Origin: Bugula neritina
Lineage: Eukaryota > Animalia > Bryozoa
Direction: 5' to 3'
DNA length: 64,000 bases
Assembly: GCA_964035545.1 (NCBI GenBank)
Contig: OZ037765.1
Coordinates: 5,218,698-5,282,697, forward strand
Numbering within the stretch: the first letter of the stretch is position 1; each line of letters opens with the position of its first letter. Below are positions 54,801-64,000 of the stretch, in pieces. Under the pieces are notes generated by a model that was given only the letters and a program-made list of their open reading frames with translations, was not told the origin of the DNA and searched no databases. The position numbers and the translations under genes were made by a program.

Positions 54801-57800
54801 TGCAAATAATTCTGATTACGACTAATTCTTGAGCTCATTATTTTTGTTTCATTGTTATAGCTAACAACTATACTATGTTTTAAAAGTTTGGTCAACACGT
54901 TCAATCAAAGCAAATACTGTTGGACATGTTCTAGAATCTAGAATATACATTGTGTACTATATAGGCTACTATTTTGCCCTACTATATGGCTGTGCATCAG
55001 CATGCACTCATGGTAAGAAGTGGCTCATCACAAGCTGCTTTGATATTACGAGTGCACTTACGTTAAAGTTTATCTCATCCTCAAGAGTTCTTATCATCAG
55101 GTATACAACCAGAGAGTTTGTAATTGGATATTATATGGCATATTATAGCTCACACTAATCACTAATGTTACTTGCCAATCTGGTTTGTGTGTTATGGTGT
55201 AGACATAACCATAGAGTGACTTGTTGCAATTTAGTCAATTTTAAAAGAAATTTGTTTTCTAGAGTTAAAATTTTTGACAATACCAAATACATAATCAATA
55301 ACAAATATGCTAACCAAAAATACGGTTTGTACCAGTATAGTTGGGTAAGCCTTTCTTATCTTCTTCTTAACATAGATTATATTTTAGTTCCTTATAAGTA
55401 AAACTAATCAATTTTGTTTGATGTGAGAACCCTCACCCTCCCCCCTCCCCCTTTATGGAAAGGATTTATTGTAGCAAAGAGGCAATTATGACTGATTGCT
55501 CTTCCTAAAATAACCAATGGTCTTTACTCAGATTCTTAACTCACTAAACTCAATTGTTTACTGAGCCAGTGCTCTAACGACTAGACTACAGCTGCTCCCT
55601 TCATTTTATAATAACCTGCTTGACTACAATTTAATTTAAAAGCAAGATGAACTACCATGATTTGTACTTGTGCGTGCTCTTAAATAGTCGTTGACATTGG
55701 AAAGTTTTAAGACATCGAAACTTTAAGCTTGACAGTATACAATATGGCTATAAATATTTGCAGGTAACTCAGCCGTATTTTCTACGCTGCCGCAAGCTGC
55801 AAGAATCAGCTACATCTTGTTACTGATTGAGTAGCTGTCTCTACTTTAAATTAGCTTTCTTTATTTACATCATGTTACTGCTTGAAGGATTATCAACAGT
55901 TGTTAGTCTGTCTAACATAATTCAATCAACCAGCTTACATTTCTCTGCTTGCTATATGAAAGTATATTGTAATAAAGAACTGTATCTTGGCCACTTAAAA
56001 TAATTATGCTAGATAGTTTAATGCTGGTAACTGCTTTAGTTGTAAGACAGTTGTAATTTGTTAATGATTGTGCAGCTTTATGCAGAGTTGCTATCAGGAT
56101 CTCTCTGCGTTGCTACAGTCTGCATGCACGAAGAAGTCGATACCATTGCATAAGCATTGCGAAACTAAGTTAAAGTAATACCTTAGATCTTTCTCGTGAT
56201 GTTTTAGGTCAATAGTAGCAGTACGCAACACCAAACTTTCTCCCGAAACTGCATCCTTTTTCGTCTTCTGTTTGGCTAGTATCCCTTCTTCCTAAAAACA
56301 AATTAACATTTCACACTGCTCATAGCTATGGATTTGTGGTTTATCTTATAGTTGTAGTTTCATGAAAATGTTTTCACACATCGAAAAATCTGTTTGTGAA
56401 GCAGTGGAAACACAATAAATATGATGCACCAAGTTACAGCTTCGTGGTGTATATTTTATTGCAGTATTGTTCGCTTTTAGATACTGGTTTATTTGCTAAA
56501 ATTAATTTATATTACTTGTGATGGGTAATAAAACATTGTCTAACAAATATCTCAACATCATAATAGTATACATCAGCATTATGCATTATAGTTATTGAAC
56601 TAACCAATTTTATTTTGCCTTTTTGTACTTGTAATGAAGCAATTCTTCTTTGAGTATCATTACATAACTACTTGTTATATTTTCCATAAGGTCAATTTGC
56701 AAGATAAAAGGCGTTTCTATTTACATCTTCATAATAAATTCAATGTTGAAATAGTTGCCTTTAGTGCTCAAGGAGCTAGGACTATTAACAATATTTAGCT
56801 GCCTCAGCTTCTAAACATTGGGAGGGATTAAACACCTATTAACTGGGCATCAAATATTTTAGATGTTATTTGAATTTAACTAATAATTATTCAGCGTATC
56901 TGGTAATGAAATCCATCTCTAGCCATATAGAACATCTGTAAAATAATTTTGCCCCTACTGTGATTCGAACCCGAGACCTCTGGCTTGCTAGCAAGTGTAT
57001 TAACCATTACACCACAGGACCATTGGGTAAACTCAACACTATACAAAATCGTTTTTACAGTGATGACTGCAGCTAAAATTAGAGTCTAAACTTTAGATAA
57101 ATAAATGTAATGTATCAAAAACATTGAGCAAAAATTATACAAATGCTACTCAACATCTGAGCTTGGCTAATTGTTGTTTCCAAACCAGCATGTTTCAACA
57201 TTTACCGGAGGTTTCGTCTAATGTCTTGTATATTATTTAAGGTAGGCTATGCATTTCTTGCCATTTTACTCACTGAAAAGAATTACTCCAAGTCTGCCTT
57301 ATTTTGTACTTGATCTTTCAAGAGCAGATTTATAAAAGGTCTTATAGGTTGAGTAGATATTTAAATACAAAAGAATACTTACTGCTTCATAAGGCACAAA
57401 CCGCTCTCATTTATAAATACAATAAAAACAATTTGCTTATAATTCCTTTACCTGCCGTATACATAACCGTATACTCATTAAACCAAGTAAAGTACAGGAA
57501 ATTAAGACTAACAAAAGTTTTATTTCAAGTTGACACTACGAATATGTTTTGGTAATGCATATTGTAATTGCAGGAGTAAAACACTGAAAGTTACAACTTT
57601 ATACAATATTATGCGACTTTAAATAACCGCTTATAGAACATTGATGAGTGCGCACCCCTAGTTGTAGTATGTAAATCACAATTGATGTCTTGTCAAAATT
57701 ATTACTTGACAAGATAACTATATTATTGGATAATTAGAAATGAGTAGAAATTAATTGCTTGCATGTACATATTAAGATATTAGATAGGCTGTAACAAGGG

Positions 57801-59393
57801 TCCTCTGATAGCAAGGCATAGTATTCTAACTGAGAGCTCAATTAGAATGATGATTTAATTACACTGGAAAGTATTCTGAATTAAAAATTCAGACAACAAA
57901 GCTGTCAATTCACATGTTTTATGAAACATACAACAAAAAATTAAATATGTCCACACTGCACAAATTAATTTAATAGTTTGATTCTAAATATATTTTAGAG
58001 CTACCTAAAAATGGTTGATATGCTGAAAACTAATTATTGTGATATTTACTGATAGGATCACTATGAGCATATTATTGTTGAACAATATAATATGGCAAGA
58101 ATTTATTTATTGCTGTTAACAGCACTACCTCATTTCTTGACTTACCTGAACAGTGGCGAGAATATCAGGCTTGCCTCTCATCACCTTTTGCTGTAGAACA
58201 CTCTTCACTTTGTCCAACTCTTCGTGCAGTTTCGTCACCTCAGCTATCTTGCTTTCTAGCTGCTCTTTGCTCTCTTCTAGTTGTCTCGCGTGCTCTTCAT
58301 TCTGTTTCTAAATAAAACAGAGGCATGTGATAACTAAACCTTTAACTCACGAAAGTTTGTAGTCACTATTCCTGCTATGTGAGAACATCTAATGGAAAAG
58401 TTTAAATTAAATCTGGCTTATTCATATGTAATATAAGATTTTGACTAGATGCTCTTTCTAACATCACCAATGGCCTTTACTGGAGTTCGAACCTGTGACT
58501 TTATGTTTACTAAGCTAAACTCTAACCCCTAGACTATACGGCTAACAATTCATCTATCAGAATAGTATTCTAATAACCAACTCCAATTTTATTGCAGCAA
58601 CTTATCACAATATTATTCCGGTGCATAAATTAAAATAATTAAAACAGTTATAGATATAATTATGCATATAACTTCTATGACTGCAAAATTGATGTTGACA
58701 GCGCATGTCTTTCAATGCAACAGATTTCTTGTGTTAAATAACCAACAACAATAATAATTTAAATGTACATGGTGTTGTATTTAAAATTATCAATAAAATA
58801 GTGTAAAATCCATATTATATGATAGTTTCCAAATTGAAGGAAATCTGCTTCATACAGTTAAAAACTGGATAACACCAACACGTTAATACATATACCTATA
58901 GCATAATGAACTGCAATGTGTATCAAATCATAGCGTGTAAATATTAAAACTCCCCTGTTAATATTTAGCCACAATTCAATGTGTTTCACTTACATTAAAG
59001 CATTACTCCAACTATTGCGTTGCAGGTTACATTTTCCACTGTTAATAAATAAAATATAATATAAACATTGTATTTTATCATTTCAACAAATATTGTACCT
59101 AAATTGGGCTATTAGTTATAACTTATATCTATATAATATTATGATTTGTATGCATGGCATGAAACTAAGCTCATACGAATTGGTATACCAAGTGCAACAG
59201 TTGCACTATGTTAGCCAGATACTTATATATTAAAATACCCGATATTCAGATAGTAAAATATAATCACCGTATTATATTCTATGCATACCTTATACTCATC
59301 AACTTGGGATTTAAGTTGCAGAATCATTTCCTCAACTTTGTTTACATCATACACTTCTCCATTTAGCACTAGTTTTCCATGTTGATTTCCCAT
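44799..59393 (-). CDS. PKG: cGMP-dependent protein kinase (PKG; PRKG2/DG1-like features)
   Basis: 16 exons from ATG 59393 ([12 protein letters not shown]...) to TAA 44801-44799. Leucine zipper ([13 protein letters not shown]), pseudosubstrate [11 protein letters not shown], cNMP-A ([16 protein letters not shown]), cNMP-B ([16 protein letters not shown]), kinase [56 protein letters not shown] tail [12 protein letters not shown]. Confidence 0.92.
45544..45612 (+). pseudogene. Short duplicated fragment of KAT8 coding sequence inside a PKG intron
   Basis: 45544-45568 taccaccaaggacactgtgaacaca is identical to KAT8 43681-43705; 45591-45609 gtaatgagacctacagata matches 43718-43736 with one mismatch; the middle is replaced by a C-rich run. 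Confidence 0.8.
46729..46944 (+). mobile_element. tRNA-headed SINE, family B
   Basis: gggagtagccatggtctaggggttagagcac...aggaagagcattcagtcataattgctcctgtg...ggtttctcacagaaatagtgactataaactt, colinear with 25708-25924. Confidence 0.78.
48611..48737. repeat. 44-bp tandem triplication beginning at a PKG 5' splice site
   Basis: atagaggaaacattac starts at 48634, 48678 and 48722 (period 44). Confidence 0.9.
51450..51831. repeat. Degenerate minisatellite followed by (TA)n (51756-51831)
   Basis: atgcaaca..ctgttatacactgttac..actat.atatata recurs at about 51506 and 51603; pure TA run follows. Confidence 0.7.
52630..52825. repeat. 11-bp minisatellite (acattacatat) merging into a TA-rich tract
   Basis: More than ten tandem tacatatacat units; explains ORF 52610..52846. 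Confidence 0.88.
55395..55600 (-). mobile_element. tRNA-headed SINE, family B (degenerate, reverse)
   Basis: Reverse complement agggagcagctgtagtctagtcgttagagcactggctcagtaaa...aaagaccattggttattttaggaagagcaatcagtcataattgcc...ggttctcac. Confidence 0.68.
56940..57045 (-). mobile_element. tRNA-derived SINE-like repeat, family A (reverse)
   Basis: Reverse complement tatagtgttgagtttacccaatggtcctgtggtgtaatggttaatacacttgctagcaagccagaggtctcgggttcgaatcacagtaggggcaaaattatttt. Confidence 0.72.
58445..58543 (-). mobile_element. tRNA-headed SINE, family B (3'-truncated, reverse)
   Basis: Reverse complement agccgtatagtctaggggttagag...ggttcgaactccagtaaaggccattggtgatgttagaaagagcatctag. Confidence 0.7.
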
Positions 59394-59932
59394 TGTTAGA
59401 CAGTCGTCATTCCAATGTCAAGATATTTACCCTTCTTTTACTTTGAATAGCCAAGTCTGAATACTATAGTGAGCAAAAACTGGTTACTTGTATGAGTTAA
59501 CAATGCTTATCAACTCTAAGTAGACTTAGAGATGCATAACTAGTCCGACATGTCATAAAACAACATATGCTTTATGAGGTATGCATGCACAATGTAGTGT
59601 GTGTAGAGAGCAGGGCAAAATGGAAGGTAATTCTCAAGTGACGTTCAATACGCTATGATTATATTAGCCTTAGTGTACTTCAGTACACAAAGTGTAATCA
59701 TGACATACAAACATAAGAAATTAACTACTTACTAATTATAACTAATTCTGTTATACTCTTACAGAGTAATGCTATAATATTCTGTAACCTTAGGTAGATT
59801 ATCCTTTTACTTTATATACCTTCCCACTCACTATTAGGTTATACTCCGCTACTCTGTAATAATCTGAGAACAAGAAACATTGCAATATGTTTTGTATAGA
59901 ATAACATTTGATTGTAATGGCAGATTTGGCAT

Positions 59933-60100
59933 TTAGGAGCCTAGTAATGGAGAAATTGAGATAGCTTAAGTTCTTTAATTTAGTTATTAAGTTTTGGTTT
60001 GGGGCGAAGTTTGAAATTCTCTTGAGAACATAACTTCTTATGCTAAATTTCTAATCTAGAACACATGTTTATTTTCAATTTCTCCATTACTGCACCTACC
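59933..60100. mobile_element. Small MITE-like element with inverted termini
   Basis: gtaatggagaaattga (59944-59959) is the perfect reverse complement of tcaatttctccattac (60075-60090); the flanks extend the inversion imperfectly. Confidence 0.55.
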
Positions 60101-60859
60101 TGAAATTTGAAGCTAAAATATTAATGCTAGCGTGGCTGGTAGGCGACTACTTAAGTTTATTGATTTAAAAAAATGAATCACAAAGAAAGAGCTGTGTCCC
60201 AGTAACTCACTGCAGAGTATAATCGCATCCAGTGGCTTAAGGTGTACTTCTATAACCACTTTCAACTTATTCAAATAAACTCTGGCATTTAAACTTTAAA
60301 TTTGCTCCTAAGTAGACACATCAAAATGTGAACATTTGTAGTTAACCAACAGGGAGTAGCTGCAGCTTAGTGGTTGGAAGGCTGAGTCAGTGTTTAGCAG
60401 ATCTTCTGTTTTTTATTGGCGATGTATTATTCAGCAATATTAGCAATAGGTACATAATTAAAAAAAACTAAATACGTTTACATAAGCACTTTCTATTCTG
60501 AGATAATTTTATTGATATTATGATATGTATTGATATGGAATGATATGCATTGCATGATGCTATGAACATAAATAATCTGATACCCGAGGGTAGCTTTGCA
60601 ATCAAATTATGTAGGATTAAGTAATTGAGTTATTGGCATTTAAAAGTTTATCAGTTTTACTGTGCTAACAATGACCACTAGTTGAAATTTTTTTTAAAGA
60701 TGAAAACTTAGTTGTAGAAAAGAAAGCTGGAGGTTGAGAAAGTTTTTTATGCGTTACAGCATAACTGCATGGTTTTGGTATCAGCTGTAACAGCAAAGCA
60801 GATAAACAATTTATAGGCTCATAATTACTCGGAGTTGCCTTCTCATTAACAACTGCTTG

Positions 60860-60990
60860 AAATCAATACACGTGAAAGTTTAACCGCCTTTCGTGTTTAA
60901 ACTTCATTTCTATAGCCAATCAAAGCAGCAATAAGTGTCTTTGAAAGTGGCGCATCCACTACGCGTGTTTGTTGAACCGCGCAATAAGTG
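60860..60990. promoter_or_regulatory. CpG-enriched putative promoter between the divergent PKG and SRPBCC-like genes
   Basis: CACGTG (about 60869), AGCCAATCA (about 60913), GGCGC/ACGCGT/CCGCGC cluster in an otherwise CpG-poor region. Confidence 0.4.
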
Positions 60991-61154
60991 AATATTTGTG
61001 TATTGATTTTTTTCTTATTGATCGGCTTGGAAGTACGAATTCCTTGGTTAATATAATATTAATATATTATGGTACTTACTAAAAATGTACGTTACGACCG
61101 TAAATCATTATTTTTCAGTATCATTAGGACTCAGTCAAACTCTAAATCACAACA

Positions 61155-61610
61155 CTATAAGTATTGCTATTAGTATTACTATTAGTATTAGTAATACTAA
61201 TAGTAATACTAATACTAATAGTAATACTAATACTAATAGTCATAGTGCAAGCACAATTTGAATTTCATCAGTCTATAAGATTAAGTATCACTATGACTAT
61301 CAGTATGAGTTTGAGTATGACATCGTGATTGAGTTTGACTAAGAGTATCACTATGACTATGAGTATCATGACTAATGTAATTATAATTATAATAGTAATA
61401 CTATAACTATGGCTGTAAGCATACATAAATGTAATAGTATAACATCAAGTTTAGCTATCAGTATCAATGACTATCACTATGAATATGAGTCTATGACTAT
61501 GAGCATGACTGCTAGTGTCAATGGAGTTGGACTATCACATTCAGTTTCACAGTATGAGTATGAGCATCACTATAAGTATAAGTATAACTATTGAGTACAA
61601 GTATTAAGTC
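61155..61610. repeat. Degenerate hexamer-periodic tract (tattag/actatg/agtatg)
   Basis: attagtattagtaatactaatagtaatact, atcactatgactatcagtatgagtttgagtatg; similar to the KAT8 intron-1 tract, largely in opposite orientation. Confidence 0.65.
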
Positions 61611-61936
61611 TTAGTTAAACTTAATCATTAAGTTTGCAATTTTACTTGGCTGATTTTTACTTTTTCAAAGTTTAGTGCGAAGAAAACTTACCACTAATAT
61701 TAGAAAATTATACATATTTTGTTTTTAATGCTGTTGCAATTTAGAATATTATATTTTAAAGTTCTAACTAAATATTTGTATTAAATACTGACCTTTAAAA
61801 TATATCATAATAAATCACATGTAAAGCTGCAATAATTATCAATAAAAAGTACCATTCCATTGGATATCTAAATTTTTAAGATAAAAGTCATCTTAATATA
61901 TTTATTAAAGCTAAGGTCTGTGTGTATTTTGTGCAG

Positions 61937-63782
61937 ATGGTAAACATGAAATTGCAAATGGCTGCTGCCGGTTTGATAGCACTCCTGGCAGCTCTTTATA
62001 TGATGGAAGTGGCAGTCAACGATGAAGAGGCAGTAGTCATTGGTAGTACGCAAGTTATCATGATCACAGAGTGTTCTCGGGTGTTCCAGTTTGTTGGGGA
62101 TTTGTCTAACTATGCAATGGTAAGCTGGTGCTGCCTGTCTTGTTATTACTGTTATAGTCAATTATTGCATTTTTGTAACATTAGAGGATATCTGAATGCA
62201 ATAAGAGTTAAAGGGCACTAAAATATAAGATATTGGCTTTAAATGCTTTTGCTTAAAGAATATTGTAACCATATTGGTTTTGGCTGGTAAGAGTACTTGC
62301 TATTACTATCAACAAGTATGCTATTACCTTTATAATAAAAAGTTGTACCAGAAGCATTTTCAGTTGGGATTTGTGTTTACTGTATGAAACTGTATAGTAG
62401 TGCGAGATGTTTTTTAAAAATAAAATATATGACTTTGACAATCTAAAGATTGCAAGATGAAAAGATGCGAGATTAAAGATGAACACTGTTGTTTCGTGTT
62501 TGATAATATATACAATCTTTTTCAGTGGTTCCCAGGTATCGAAAACATGACAGCCTCTAGTCCAGGTCCTATGAGGGCAGGCAAAGAGTTTGAGGAGACG
62601 GTAATCCTCCCTGCATTTGGTGGGTTCCTCGTATGTGTTGTGTTTATGTCAGCTGTCAGTGTAGCAAATGTACTAGATACTTTCAGACTTCAAATTTGTC
62701 TTGAAGAGAGTTAATTCTCCAGCAAATACATATAATTTTTTTAATTTAAGATAAAATTTAGGGCTGAATGATATATATTGAAGGAAAAGCTTTATAGAGT
62801 CTTCTTGGGTCATGTGCTCTTAAGGTTCCAATAATTTAGTTTTTAAAATAGCAGTTTTTCTGACCATAGAAACACTTGTAATTCTTGTTTTGTGGATAAA
62901 CAGGAAATAAATAGACCTAGAAAACACTTTCAGACTTAGTTTGTAGAAATTTAGCCTGTTTCTAGAATAGCTACAGTGTATTGGTGAGAGATGAAAATAA
63001 TGTATTAAGCATCATGGTAGTTGCATTCCCCTGCATAGTCAATTGGACGTTATATGGCTTTTTTTAAACAATGTTTTGGTCGCATATTTGTATTTCATCA
63101 TGTTTTGTCTTCTATGTGTCTTGTTATTTATACGCATTTTAATATATTTACATGAAGGGCTTTAGTCTCTATGTTTAAAATGGGATTAGTTAAATTTAAG
63201 TTTAGGCTTTGTTAAAAATTCTAATTTTGGTTTGGTTTTGGTACCATATTAATTAACATAACTCAGCAGTGCTTGGTAATTAAATCACGATAGGTAAATG
63301 CTCGTCTAGTTTCATTCTTGTCCAACAAATGTACTTAGTATGAATATTGTTCCTGGCTTTCAATTAGTTCTTTGTGCAGTTGAGAAATTGTCTTCTTTTT
63401 AAACCCGTAGTTTACCAGTCGTCAGACTTCATAAAATTCCACTGCAATCAAAGTTATTCATTTCTTTTAGCTAAATTTTACTATTTGATTACCTTTTGTG
63501 ACTTTTCCAAAAAGACACAGTGGTTATTTTTATGGTAGATTCTTAATTGTAATGTTGCACTATGATATGATTACACATTTGATCCCTTCTACATATTGAT
63601 GTGATATAGGTGAGATCTCGAGAGAGGTTGTTGTGACCAGTTATAGTGTTCCGAGACATCTCCAGTTTGTATACAGAGATTTCAGTCAGACTATGATAGC
63701 TATAGAGTTGAATCAAAAGACGGCTGACCGCTGCCACCTCTACTACTCCGCTGCCACTAGACGCACCAGCTACCTCTTTCAT
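61937..63782 (+). CDS. SRPBCC/START-like (polyketide cyclase/lipid-transport fold) protein with N-terminal signal or TM segment; 3' end lies beyond the window
   Basis: Exons 61937-62119, 62526-62619, 63610-63782 join in frame: MVNMKLQMAAAGLIALLAALYMM...CSRVFQFVGDLSNYAM-WFPGIENMTASSPGPMRAGKEFEETVILPAFG-EISREVVVTSYSVPRHLQFVY... The VFxFVxDxxNxxxWFPGI and GPxxxGxxF patterns are typical of Polyketide_cyc2/SRPBCC domains (family assignment by motif recall). Confidence 0.62.
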
Positions 63783-64000
63783 GTGAGTCCAGTTGCACCT
63801 GCGACTATTATACTAAGTAGAAGAGCTGTTTCATTTTCTTTGCATTGCTGTATGTAACATCATAGGTTTAAAAGTGATATAGTAAACTTACTTTGGCTTG
63901 AATTAAGAAGTTAAAGAATAGGCTGGTTCAATATTTTGCCACACTGCCAATGTAGAAATTTACTGAAAAGCTGTCCTAGAAACACATCGTGACCTGCTTT

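Noticed and set aside
44799-59393. Minor (U12) or non-canonical introns
   Set aside because: All donors and acceptors I traced are GT-AG without the GTATCCTT/ATATCCTT signature.

Overview
AT-rich, intron-dense eukaryotic (invertebrate metazoan-like; taxon not determinable from sequence alone) nuclear DNA. Most short ORFs in the supplied track are exon fragments or noise. Splicing by hand on GT-AG boundaries gives seven genes: (1) the 3' end of an Ig-domain, probably GPI-anchored protein (+, to 1825) with a tandemly duplicated micro-exon; (2) an ARID3/dead ringer-like transcription factor (+, 5994-10087); (3) a short, strongly diverged tandem ARID paralog (+, 14108-16283); (4) a full-length ABCC5/MRP5-like ABC exporter (-, 37625-18852, about 29 coding exons); (5) the MYST histone acetyltransferase KAT8/MOF (+, 41721-44382, only 3 coding exons); (6) a convergent cGMP-dependent protein kinase (-, 59393-44799, 16 coding exons); (7) the 5' part of a signal-peptide/TM-bearing SRPBCC/START-like protein (+, from 61937). 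Repeats include two TTAA-flanked non-autonomous DNA-transposon families (Kolobok-type termini), small palindromic MITE-like hairpins, two tRNA-derived SINE-like families, and micro/minisatellites. No CRISPR, rRNA, intact tRNA or autonomous transposase is seen. I found no unambiguous new multi-gene system. The most notable oddities are the ARID tandem pair with an altered DNA-recognition loop, a KAT8 coding fragment copied into an intron of the antisense neighbour PKG, the intron-free KAT8 catalytic region, a triplicated PKG splice donor, a mosaic identity pattern between two MITE copies, and a tRNA-like repeat that carries conserved sequence 5' of the tRNA moiety.
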